Virus record (IMG/VR): IMGVR_UViG_3300020477_000014
Span: 96,001 to 160,000 of that record
DNA length: 64,000 bases
Reading direction: 5' to 3' (one strand)
From: a virus
The notes below the pieces were generated by a model. The model was not told the DNA's origin and did not search any database. It saw nothing but the letters and a program-made list of their open reading frames with translations. Numbering within the stretch: the stretch's first letter is position 1; each line of letters opens with the position of its first letter. The position numbers and the translations under genes are program-made. Below, one piece after another: positions 9,389 to 18,603 of the stretch.

Positions 9389-9408
9389 GCGGGTAGCGCC
9401 CGTTTTTT
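9389..9408 (+). terminator. Weak intrinsic terminator
   Basis: GCGGG-TAGCG-CCCGT followed by a T-run. Confidence 0.4.
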
Positions 9409-9425
9409 AAAACAAGGATAGCAAA

Positions 9426-10031
9426 ATGGCTAAGAAACTTTTACGAGAGTATTATCAATTGTGCGAGGGAGGCGTTTGTCAAGATTTATTAACTGAAGAA
9501 GAAAAACGTTTCGTTGCCAATGGTGGCATGATCTTATCGGGTATTATGCAAATGGCAGAAACAGTCAATGGCAATGGTCGCATTTATCCCCAAGCCGTCT
9601 TGATGAATGAAATCAAGAATTATCAAAAACTAATTAAAGAAAAGAGAGCTTTGGGAGAATTAGATCATCCTGAAGATTCTGTTATAAATTTAAGAAATGC
9701 TTCTCATTTGGTAACGTCATGCTGGATGGAAGAGAAAAATGTAATGGGGAAGATTCAAGTGTTGAATACGCCATCTGGCAAAATTTTGCAAGAGCTTGTT
9801 CGTGGAGGTGTCAGTATAGGGATTTCATCAAGAGGAATGGGCTCCGTTACAGAAAGTAACGGACAAACAATTGTAGAAGACGACTTCCAGTTAATTTGTT
9901 TTGACATGGTTTCTGAACCATCCACCCCTGGCGCCTTTATGATGCGCGAAGCAAAAGACTATGACAACCAAGTGTTTACAAGAGCCGATCGAATCAACAG
10001 GCTGTTAAACGAGGTTTTGGGAGATGAATGA
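9426..10031 (+). CDS. Prohead core protease (T4 gp21-like)
   Basis: NGNGRIYP, ALGELDHP, GISSRGMGS and FDMVSEPSTPGAF motifs. Confidence 0.93.
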   Translation: MAKKLLREYYQLCEGGVCQDLLTEEEKRFVANGGMILSGIMQMAETVNGNGRIYPQAVLMNEIKNYQKLIKEKRALGELDHPEDSVINLRNASHLVTSCWMEEKNVMGKIQVLNTPSGKILQELVRGGVSIGISSRGMGSVTESNGQTIVEDDFQLICFDMVSEPSTPGAFMMREAKDYDNQVFTRADRINRLLNEVLGDE

Positions 10032-10734
10032 TTGGTCCAGTTTTCCTAAAGATAAACAACTGATGGACTCATGGAGAAAACATTTAAACGAGGGACCTTT
10101 GGATGCTATGGACGATTTCACCGATTGGTGGCGAGATAAAGAAGAGTACGACTTCGGATATAAGGGCGCTCAGCAAGGTGTTCCCCAAGACGATGTTCGC
10201 TTACCGGCGCCAGCCGCGGACGTGGAGTGGGTACCAAATGCTGAAGTAGAGTGGGAAGAAGATGAGCCCGATCTAGAAACTCTCCCTTATTTGTTGCACC
10301 ACTCTTTCGGTTCTACCCAAACCAAAAGCGACGTCTATAAGACATATAAAAATCGATATAATAGAGCCTTTAAGGAAGGCAACATTGAAACAAAAAATCA
10401 GTTTGAAAAAGACTTGACTTATTTTGTTAATTTTGTAGGGCCCTTTTTGCGGTATTATGATAAACGCAAGAGTGTTTCTGAAGAAAAAGATATTAAGGAT
10501 ATTAAAAAAATGATCAGCGTCTCTCATCGATTCGCTCAAGACAATGAGAATATATCAAATATCATAAACACCTACCGAGCAACAAAAATAGAACACCCAA
10601 ATAGTGCACAATCAGTAGCAAGAATGGCAAAACTCTTTGCTGACACGGCGGCTAAAAGACATTTGGGAAATTTGATAACTTATATTAAAAAGAGAAATAG
10701 CAATGAAAAAACAAGATCTAAAGAAACTCATTAA
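10024..10734 (+). CDS. Hypothetical, putative internal head protein
   Basis: N-terminal KQLMDSWRKHLNE resembles MKLIIEGWRGYLSE of 1187..1954. Confidence 0.55.
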   Translation: MNDWSSFPKDKQLMDSWRKHLNEGPLDAMDDFTDWWRDKEEYDFGYKGAQQGVPQDDVRLPAPAADVEWVPNAEVEWEEDEPDLETLPYLLHHSFGSTQTKSDVYKTYKNRYNRAFKEGNIETKNQFEKDLTYFVNFVGPFLRYYDKRKSVSEEKDIKDIKKMISVSHRFAQDNENISNIINTYRATKIEHPNSAQSVARMAKLFADTAAKRHLGNLITYIKKRNSNEKTRSKETH

Positions 10735-11140
10735 ACCATTAGTAAAAGAATGTATTCATGAAGTTCTTATCGAAGAGGGGCACCTTTCTGATATCGTAAG
10801 TGAAGTTGCAAAGGGGATGAACAGACAGCCCCTATTGGAGTCGCGGAGCCCAAAACCCTCACGCCGCCAGGAAAAAGAAGTAGAGCGCGAAAAAACACAA
10901 TACACAGAACGAAGGCGCCGCAAATTAACCGAACAGCGACAACAGTTGGCTGATGCGATTGGGCGCGACGCCTATAATGGTGTTAATTTATTTGAGGGAA
11001 CGGAGCCTTTGCGCCGTGGTGGAAAAGCCGGCGGAGATCCAGAAATGCCAGATGTGCTAGGGGATGACCACCGAGACTCCGGGGTCGATATTAGTTCTTT
11101 GTTGGGCGGAGCCACTAAAGTCTGGAAAGCAATCAAATAA
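10703..11140 (+). CDS. Hypothetical prohead-associated protein
   Basis: MKKQDLKKLIKPLVKECIHEVLIEEG N-terminus resembles the 424 and 897 ORFs. Confidence 0.6.
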   Translation: MKKQDLKKLIKPLVKECIHEVLIEEGHLSDIVSEVAKGMNRQPLLESRSPKPSRRQEKEVEREKTQYTERRRRKLTEQRQQLADAIGRDAYNGVNLFEGTEPLRRGGKAGGDPEMPDVLGDDHRDSGVDISSLLGGATKVWKAIK

Positions 11141-11148
11141 GGTGTGAA

Positions 11149-11400
11149 ATGAAAAAGAAGCTAGTTTATGCAAGTGTGACTGCGAAGGAGTGTAAGGGGA
11201 ATATAGACCGCATGATTCGGAAGTTTATGAAGAAAGTTAAGAAAGAAAGAATTATTGAGCAAGTTCGAGATCGACGCTTTCACAAAAAGCCGTCGGTGAA
11301 GAAAAGAGAGAAGCGCATTAGAGCCGAACGCGCGCGTAAACGAGAGGAAGCAAAGCGTCAACGGAGATTGAAAAAACAAATGCGAAACTACAAAAAATAA
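11149..11400 (+). CDS. rpsU: Phage-encoded ribosomal protein bS21
   Basis: NIDRMIRKFMKKVKKERIIEQVRDRRFHKKPSVKKREK matches the bS21 pattern (alrrFKr..k.gil.e.r.r.fyeKPs.krk.k). Highly basic, 83 aa. Confidence 0.85.
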   Translation: MKKKLVYASVTAKECKGNIDRMIRKFMKKVKKERIIEQVRDRRFHKKPSVKKREKRIRAERARKREEAKRQRRLKKQMRNYKK

Positions 11401-11407
11401 CTACTTA
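11400..11407 (+). promoter_or_regulatory. Putative late-promoter octamer ACTACTTA
   Basis: Intergenic, 40 nt before ATG 11440. One of about ten similarly placed copies. Confidence 0.55.
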
Positions 11408-11439
11408 TCTAATAGTTATTACATTTTCCGGGTTAATTT

Positions 11440-11793
11440 ATGAGTTCAAACATTTATACAGCAGGGTTAAGAAATGTCGGTAGTTATCAAGTGGCTGGCA
11501 TACCCTATCTTACAGCGTCTTATCTTATTGAGCAAGAAAAGCAATTTACATTTCCGTATGTTACTAAAAACATTTTAGTTCAAAATACAGGCTCTAATGA
11601 GTTGTATTTGTATTTTTCTGGTTCTTCAATAAACAAGTTGATAATTCCTCCGGGAAAAACTATAAATATGGATGTGAAGTGTGTGCTTATTTATGCATCG
11701 GCATCTAGTCAGACAGGCATGCAGATGGCAGCCGAATTGACCACCATAGGCACTAATCACATGTATTCATTAGATGGATTGGAGGGAGTATAG
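11440..11793 (+). CDS. Small virion protein, paralog 1 of the NVGSYQV family
   Basis: GLRNVGSYQVAG N-terminal motif shared with the next two genes. Confidence 0.7.
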   Translation: MSSNIYTAGLRNVGSYQVAGIPYLTASYLIEQEKQFTFPYVTKNILVQNTGSNELYLYFSGSSINKLIIPPGKTINMDVKCVLIYASASSQTGMQMAAELTTIGTNHMYSLDGLEGV

Positions 11794-12161
11794 TGGCTGA
11801 TTTTATTTATAGTGTGGGCATCAACAATGTCGGATCTTATCAAGTGTCTGGGCGCCCATTTTGTGTTACTGGTACGGTGAACAATAGTGGTAGAAGAGTT
11901 GGGTTTCCGCACGTAACCAAACAATTGATAGTCATCAATCGTCATTCGGTTAACCCAATGCAGGTTTATTTTCATGTTGCTTCTCCTGATCCCAGTTGTC
12001 GATATAGCATTAATGCCGGAGAACAACAGACTTTTAATATGAAATGTAAAGAGGTTTTTGTAAGTTCGTCGGCTGCCGTAGACTATACTTTATATGCTTC
12101 TTTGACCGGTATCCCTGCTCAGCGAATGTACGCACTAACTGGATCCGGAATAACGAGTTAA
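11793..12161 (+). CDS. Small virion protein, paralog 2 of the NVGSYQV family
   Basis: GINNVGSYQVSG...FPHVTKQL...MKCKEVFVS...MYALTGSGITS. Confidence 0.7.
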   Translation: MADFIYSVGINNVGSYQVSGRPFCVTGTVNNSGRRVGFPHVTKQLIVINRHSVNPMQVYFHVASPDPSCRYSINAGEQQTFNMKCKEVFVSSSAAVDYTLYASLTGIPAQRMYALTGSGITS

Positions 12162-12163
12162 GC

Positions 12164-15100
12164 ATGGCCAAAAAGTATACCCCCAGCACTGGTTTGAGAA
12201 ATGTTGGTAGCTATCAAGTGTCCGGCACTCCCTTTATAAAGCGAGCCACACTTGCGTCCGGTGATGAAGTTAAAATTGAGTTTCCTTCGGTGGCGCGTAA
12301 TATAACAGTACAGTTGGATTCGGAGGTTGGTGGTGAAATTGACAACGGATCTTATAAGGTAACCAACAATGATGGCGGTGCGGTCACTCAAGGTCAAGCT
12401 TGGACAACTGACGGAAAAGAGTTCACTGTTTCATTTTGGGCTAAAGTAAATGCAGCCCCCGTGTACTCTACTATAGTTGGGTTTGCGGCATCCCCGTCGG
12501 GGCAAAACGAGGGTCGTTGGAGTTTGCGGGTCCTAGGCGCCAACAACTATAGGATGCGATTCAGAACCGCTGATAATAATTTGGTGACTGATGATTGGAC
12601 ACCTAGCTTTACCTCTACGGATTGGAATTTTTATACGCTTGTTCAAACTAAAAATCAACTTTCTCTTCATATGAACGGAAATACGACTCCGGAGAAAACT
12701 ATAACAGCAAATCCAGGAGAGGTGATAGATACTGGTAATTTAGTTAGATATCTTCAAATAGGGGATCCAAATAATACTAACGAGAGCGCACAAATCAATA
12801 TAATAGATTTGGTCGTTTGGGATCGCGCATTGAAAGATGCGGATATTACTGCTATCTATAATTCTGGCGACGAATACGATTACAAGACTGCCCTCCCTAA
12901 TCGCGATTATCCTTCTTCCAGCTTCTCGTTTGCTGATGGTACAGCATACACAAGAACCATAGCGTCCCGCGATGGACCACCCCCTAGTAGTGTGTCTTAT
13001 CCCGATCAATATACTTATACATCAGGCGATAAGGGCTGGCGCTTTATGGCACCAAAGTCGGATTCCACCGTACAGATTCGTTTGCCGATCGGCTGGAAAC
13101 ATAACGGTGTAACCCTCACCGAATACAAAGACATAAATATTCGCCTTACTGGACAAACAGCCACCCCCCTTGCAGCCCCCACATATGATGATATGTTGGT
13201 GCGCGTTTGGACGGGAGAAGCCGGCGAAAACAGCCCTATCACACCTTTAAGTAGCTCAGTCAATTTTGTCGACGCTATCAACGGATTAGGAACAACTGAT
13301 CAATATAACGTTAATACCAGCACGATGCCGGGAGGGATGACAGAAGGTCTCCCAGGATTTTCAGCATCTGTAAGTCCCAATATTCAAGGCGGCGTTGATA
13401 TGTGGGTTGCCGAAGATCAAGATCAATCACTGGCTCAATATCTGCGCATACGCACCCCTTACACCGATGATCGCGGTGCATTCATGACACCGAATGCTGT
13501 AGCCAACATGCCTTATAGTTCGGACGATGGGTGTTACGAGATTATTGCTAGCGGAAGTGGTGGCTTCAAAGCACAAGCACCGCCATGGCTTACTGACGGT
13601 CGAGAATTCACAGTATCGTTTTGGGCAAAAGTGACGTCGCGTAGCACAACATGGGGAGAGCCCGGAAACGGCAAGCGCTCACTGGTCGGCTTTGCTACCA
13701 ATCTAGTCAATCCGGGCGGTAGTGCAGAAAATACTTGGTATTTTCGTATTTATGGCGCCAACAATCCGGGCGAAAACTATTCTTTTTGTCCCAAGAAAAG
13801 CTACGATCCAGCCACACAGTCAGACACCACCGAATCTGAAACCGGTTTCAGCCTGGCGGGGACCGACTGGTCTAAGTGGCAATTTTACACCATTGTACAA
13901 AAGCGCGATTCGGCGGTGATTTACGTTGATGGCGTGGAGCGAAAGACGTATAATTTGACTGCCGGGCACGTAATTGCCACATCTCAGTATCGCTATTTGA
14001 CCTTTGGAGATCCTAGTAATCCTCAAGATGAGTCCGCCCCAATGCAAGTTCGCAATGCAGTACTCTGGGATCGCCCTCTGAGTACAGATGACATAGCTGC
14101 CATTTTTGCAAAACACAACAATGTCGATTATGAAACACCTCTCCCGGTGAGAACTTCTTATCCATCGTCAAGCTTTGTGTATTCTTACGAAGGGGCATAT
14201 CAGCACACATTTGGAAGCAAGTCAGACGAAAGTGCGTTGTCGATACTTGATCAATATACATATACCGGAGGCAATAAAGGGTTTAATTTAGAGAACTCTC
14301 AAGACGGAAGCAATTTTCAACTTTACCTTCCAGCCGGCTGGAAACAAAATGGCGCCACTTTATCTGAGCCCAAATTTATAACGTTGCAACAAGCCGGCAC
14401 AATTCCCGGCTCGATCCCAGCCGGGATTGACATGGTGGTGAAGTGTGCAACCGGCGATCCAGCCGCAGATGCCATTAACCTTGTTGATGCAATCAATGGG
14501 CTCGGAACAGTGGCTCAATATAAGGTGAGTGCCCCCACGATGCCGGGAGGAATCCAAGAAGGAGTCCCGGGACTGTCTGCTTCCATGAGTCCGAACACCG
14601 AAGGGGGAGTCGATGTGTGGGTGACCTCCGAACAAGATTCAAATTTAGCGCAATATGTGAGAGTGCGCGCACCCACTTCTGCGTCGGTCACTGGGTGGAC
14701 CGGTCTGCCGGCATCGACAGCAGTTCCAGCCGCCGCCGGTGAAATGCCTAAAGGTGTGGCACAATCATGGGAGAATAAAGATGTAGATCATGGTGGTTTT
14801 ATTGCAAAGAACCCCAATGCACCCGAAGCGTGTTTTCCAGGATATAATAGCGCCGGACAACTTCAAGGGATGACTACCTCTCTATCGTTTTGGATGAAAA
14901 TGACAGGCGATCCTTCGACGTCGGGATATACTTATGACGGCGATCCCATGATGTTAGTTTATGGATTTGGATTAGAGGATGGATCTCCGGGGTCTCATTT
15001 CTTTGGCTTTTCAGATTGGGGTACCCCCGGTGGTACCGATGCTGCTGCTAGTTTTAGAATTCAAACTCAATCTTCTTATCGTCTAAACAAGCAATTCACA

Positions 15101-17017
15101 AACATGCCCGATCCTCGCCAATGGCGCCATTATACGATTGTGTATGATCGCCTAAACGTGGTCATTGGCAATAAGATGGCGTTTTATATTGATGGTGTTC
15201 TGCATGATAGTTGGGTTGGTACCTCGCCATACCCAACTCAATATCGAAACGACGTCGCCTGGAATGTCGATTACACCCCTCAGATTGGTTCTCCGTGGGG
15301 AGGCGCCAACGCATCTAATATTGGCGTTTATAAAGATTTTATAATGTGGAACAATCGCGCCCTGAATGCTGATCAGGTTGCAGAATTGTACAATGCTGGC
15401 AATTATAACGAAGATCTCACTACCATATTTCAGACCGGAAGCGCAGGGGATCCTGTCAAGTACGGCTGTTTTTATGATAATGGTACTGATGGAACCTTTT
15501 ATAATGGAGCTAAGGGGTTTGTTGTTACGAGTAGTAATGCGGTAGCCAACACACGTTGGGGAATCCGCATACCCCCGGAGTGGCATGCAGGCTGGGGATT
15601 TAAAGATTATTGGTGGAGATTTTATGCCGATGTTTCTACACAAGCAGATCCGTCGTACAACGCTAATCAAGGTATTAAAGTCCAACTTGGGGCGACCGCC
15701 GAGGAATCAGCAGATAATTTTAGAAAATGCCTTAATAGAACCGTGGACACCAATTATTGTCGGTATTACAATGGAGATCCCACCGTGCCCGGTGGCGCCC
15801 CACAGTACCTCTCTGGCGCCATTAATGATCTTTATCCGCGCGCCGTAGATATACATGTAAGCGCTAGTTTATCTGGTGACGAGGTATACCGACAAGCAAT
15901 TTGTCCTAAGATTAGTTTCAAGCTGGTTTCCATGGTGAACCCAACAGTTGATGAAGATTTTGTTTTTCCTCCCGGCTACTATGAGGCCCTAAATGATCGG
16001 CAGCCTGGCAGTCCGCATGCTTTTTATATGACAGATTGGTTTGGGTGCACACACCCAGACAAAAGAATCTGGTGGTTATCGGATTCTGGTTCTTCCCCAG
16101 GTTCGGATATTCCCCAGGATACCCTTTCTTATCTATATAATCACGCAACAGGCACCGCAGCACAGAGTACGTTTGACGTTAGTGGTCTTGCTGACCATGA
16201 TCATCGTTTCACACACATGACGGGAACCATACGTCATGATGATAGAGGCGGCTTCACTACCGATGTTCCCTACGCTTATCCAGTTGGATTTGAGTCTTGG
16301 GTAAGTTGGAACTGGGACTGGTTCACTGACGACGTTAACGCACAAAAATTGATCTGGTATGATTGCAATCGAAATAGCGGCGATACCACGGGCTCATTAT
16401 ACAATAATTCTACGGACCCTCGGGCTATTACCGGCAGTTGTGCGACTTTTCCTAATGCTTCTGCGAGCATACCGATTTCTGATGATGGCAGATTCTATAT
16501 CGCCACGCCAACAGGATCGGCGCTAGACAAAGAGAAGTGGAACTGGAACTGGACACTAGATAACGTGAACGCACAAAAGTTGATTTGGTATGATTTTGAT
16601 ACCAATGCCAGCCCTAAACCAGATGACACAACCAGCAAATTTTGGAATCGTTCTACGGAGCGTCGAGCCATTCTGAATGGTAATCCTGATTTTCCCAACG
16701 CATCTGCGAGCGTTACAACGCCGGCTTACGGGGAATACGAGGCTAATGTTCCGCCGGGATATCCGACAGGTAGTGAGTCCGGAGGCGGTATTGCCTATAT
16801 GGGATTCAAATCCACAGGATCTTATCCGGGAGTAATCTCCAACAAGCACTATTGGAAGCTTGAGAACAAAAACGACAAATTATCTATGAACATAAAAGCA
16901 AAAGAAATCTATTTATCTGCAACAGATGGAGATTGTACTTATTCGGTACAAGCAGATCTTACTTCTATTTCTACTGAGAGCATGTTCGAGCTAACTGGCT
17001 CAGGAATAGATTCATAA
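12164..17017 (+). CDS. Giant (1617 aa) virion surface protein: NVGSYQV-family domain interrupted by three LamG/concanavalin-like domains and internal repeats
   Basis: FTVSFWAKV...WNFYTLV...VVWDRALKDADITAIYN-type LamG patterns three times. Termini align with the two preceding genes. Confidence 0.75.
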   Translation: MAKKYTPSTGLRNVGSYQVSGTPFIKRATLASGDEVKIEFPSVARNITVQLDSEVGGEIDNGSYKVTNNDGGAVTQGQAWTTDGKEFTVSFWAKVNAAPVYSTIVGFAASPSGQNEGRWSLRVLGANNYRMRFRTADNNLVTDDWTPSFTSTDWNFYTLVQTKNQLSLHMNGNTTPEKTITANPGEVIDTGNLVRYLQIGDPNNTNESAQINIIDLVVWDRALKDADITAIYNSGDEYDYKTALPNRDYPSSSFSFADGTAYTRTIASRDGPPPSSVSYPDQYTYTSGDKGWRFMAPKSDSTVQIRLPIGWKHNGVTLTEYKDINIRLTGQTATPLAAPTYDDMLVRVWTGEAGENSPITPLSSSVNFVDAINGLGTTDQYNVNTSTMPGGMTEGLPGFSASVSPNIQGGVDMWVAEDQDQSLAQYLRIRTPYTDDRGAFMTPNAVANMPYSSDDGCYEIIASGSGGFKAQAPPWLTDGREFTVSFWAKVTSRSTTWGEPGNGKRSLVGFATNLVNPGGSAENTWYFRIYGANNPGENYSFCPKKSYDPATQSDTTESETGFSLAGTDWSKWQFYTIVQKRDSAVIYVDGVERKTYNLTAGHVIATSQYRYLTFGDPSNPQDESAPMQVRNAVLWDRPLSTDDIAAIFAKHNNVDYETPLPVRTSYPSSSFVYSYEGAYQHTFGSKSDESALSILDQYTYTGGNKGFNLENSQDGSNFQLYLPAGWKQNGATLSEPKFITLQQAGTIPGSIPAGIDMVVKCATGDPAADAINLVDAINGLGTVAQYKVSAPTMPGGIQEGVPGLSASMSPNTEGGVDVWVTSEQDSNLAQYVRVRAPTSASVTGWTGLPASTAVPAAAGEMPKGVAQSWENKDVDHGGFIAKNPNAPEACFPGYNSAGQLQGMTTSLSFWMKMTGDPSTSGYTYDGDPMMLVYGFGLEDGSPGSHFFGFSDWGTPGGTDAAASFRIQTQSSYRLNKQFTNMPDPRQWRHYTIVYDRLNVVIGNKMAFYIDGVLHDSWVGTSPYPTQYRNDVAWNVDYTPQIGSPWGGANASNIGVYKDFIMWNNRALNADQVAELYNAGNYNEDLTTIFQTGSAGDPVKYGCFYDNGTDGTFYNGAKGFVVTSSNAVANTRWGIRIPPEWHAGWGFKDYWWRFYADVSTQADPSYNANQGIKVQLGATAEESADNFRKCLNRTVDTNYCRYYNGDPTVPGGAPQYLSGAINDLYPRAVDIHVSASLSGDEVYRQAICPKISFKLVSMVNPTVDEDFVFPPGYYEALNDRQPGSPHAFYMTDWFGCTHPDKRIWWLSDSGSSPGSDIPQDTLSYLYNHATGTAAQSTFDVSGLADHDHRFTHMTGTIRHDDRGGFTTDVPYAYPVGFESWVSWNWDWFTDDVNAQKLIWYDCNRNSGDTTGSLYNNSTDPRAITGSCATFPNASASIPISDDGRFYIATPTGSALDKEKWNWNWTLDNVNAQKLIWYDFDTNASPKPDDTTSKFWNRSTERRAILNGNPDFPNASASVTTPAYGEYEANVPPGYPTGSESGGGIAYMGFKSTGSYPGVISNKHYWKLENKNDKLSMNIKAKEIYLSATDGDCTYSVQADLTSISTESMFELTGSGIDS

Positions 17018-17030
17018 TGAGGTACATACA

Positions 17031-17705
17031 ATGAGTTTTGGATGGGCATATATAAACTGTAGCGGAAGCGGTGGTGATCACGTTGGTGGACCTCAGAGTT
17101 CGATTCAATTTATTAAACAACCCTACCATTCTACGGGATCTGCGAATTTAGTTTTCTATACTAGTTCTTATGGAGGTTACGGGCCAAACACAATGAGGCT
17201 CAAAGGCACACTGCACGTCAGTGGCACTATTAGCGCTAGCCATTATCACATTGAAAACGTTACCGAGATCGACGCTAGTGGATCTACGTACTTTGGTAAC
17301 ACAAATGACGATGTTCATATTAGGACCGGGAGCCTAGAGGTTGTTAAGGCAGACGGTAGTTATATTCTCCAGTCTTTAACTGCCACTCGCCAAACCAAAA
17401 TCAAGGCATTGCGACTAGGATTAGACATAGTGGATACAGCTATCTATACAGCCTCACAAGATACTTGTATTTTGGGTATTGCACAACCTAATGATGTGTA
17501 TATTCAATTGCTAACAGCTTCGGTAGCCGGTTCTGGATCCGTAGTGGTAATTAAGGATCAGATTGCACCCAACCGCGGCCCTTATTCTATTTATTTGTCA
17601 GCTTCGAGTTCAGATAGGATTGATGGCTCTACTATCTATGAAATGACTGGTTCTATGCTAGCCATTAATTTATATTCAGATGGGCGGAACTGGTACGTAT
17701 TCTAA
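17031..17705 (+). CDS. Fibre/decoration-like virion protein
   Basis: GGPQSSIQF motif. C-terminal VVIKD...DRIDG...NLYSDGRNWYVF domain shared with 17721 and 18604. Confidence 0.6.
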   Translation: MSFGWAYINCSGSGGDHVGGPQSSIQFIKQPYHSTGSANLVFYTSSYGGYGPNTMRLKGTLHVSGTISASHYHIENVTEIDASGSTYFGNTNDDVHIRTGSLEVVKADGSYILQSLTATRQTKIKALRLGLDIVDTAIYTASQDTCILGIAQPNDVYIQLLTASVAGSGSVVVIKDQIAPNRGPYSIYLSASSSDRIDGSTIYEMTGSMLAINLYSDGRNWYVF

Positions 17706-17720
17706 GGGGAGCACACTTTA

Positions 17721-18467
17721 ATGGCATTTAACCAATTATCCGGTACCATTATTGCTCCAGAATACTTTGGACCCTCCCCGGGGAGTGGTCTGAATAATGT
17801 TATTGTGGGAACTGTCTCTGGTACTCTCCAAGGCAATGCCGCAGATATTGAGGGGGTTCCTCGTATTGTGGCGAATGCCACTGAAAACAACCTTTTAACC
17901 GTTGGGGTAGATGCCGATTCGCTTGTGGGGGAACCAACCCTAACTTTCGATGGTGTTCGATTAAACATATCCGGGCAATTGACCGCAAGTTCTGCTATTT
18001 CCGCTTCGGTCTTTTATGGTTCCGCCGCGGGGTTAACGGACTTGCCAGCCGCAAATGGCGGCGGTCCTTCTGGCGCAATTCAATTTATGACTAATGCCGG
18101 ATCCATTAGTGGATCTGGTGGGTTTTTGTTTCAGAATAACAATTTAAAGATAGATGGCGGTGTAATTGGCAGACGAAGAAACATAGCCTCCAATGTACAA
18201 GGTGCCACTGCATCAGTTAGCGATTACATTATTGGAGTGGACACCACAGCTACTTCTACGGGGATAAGACTTCAGCGCGCCATCACACTTGAGAATGGGC
18301 AAATGCTTGTCATTAAAGACGAGGGAGGATCCGCAAATATTAATAATATCACAATTAATGCATCAGGATCTGATAAAATTGATGGTCAAAGTTCGGTCAT
18401 TTTGCAATCACCTTATGCATCAATCCAGTTATTTTGTAATGGGTCAGGATCCTACTTTATTTACTGA
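17721..18467 (+). CDS. Fibre/decoration-like virion protein
   Basis: SASVFYGSAAGLTDL, GGPSGAIQF and C-terminal LVIKDEGGSANINNITI...DKIDG...QLFCNGSGSYFIY. Confidence 0.6.
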   Translation: MAFNQLSGTIIAPEYFGPSPGSGLNNVIVGTVSGTLQGNAADIEGVPRIVANATENNLLTVGVDADSLVGEPTLTFDGVRLNISGQLTASSAISASVFYGSAAGLTDLPAANGGGPSGAIQFMTNAGSISGSGGFLFQNNNLKIDGGVIGRRRNIASNVQGATASVSDYIIGVDTTATSTGIRLQRAITLENGQMLVIKDEGGSANINNITINASGSDKIDGQSSVILQSPYASIQLFCNGSGSYFIY

Positions 18468-18603
18468 CGAAAATTAAATTACTTTTCGTTGCACTGCTCT
18501 CTAATTAAAGACGATTGGGTGGAATATCCATCCATTCATCCATGAACGGTTGCGACTGTTCATTGGATAGCTTTAAAAACTATATTTATGGAGGGTTTTT
18601 TAT

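Noticed and set aside
12908-14674. Duplicated modules in the giant protein as a DGR template/variable repeat pair
   Set aside because: Divergence affects all bases and is consistent with old in-frame duplication, not adenine-specific mutagenesis.
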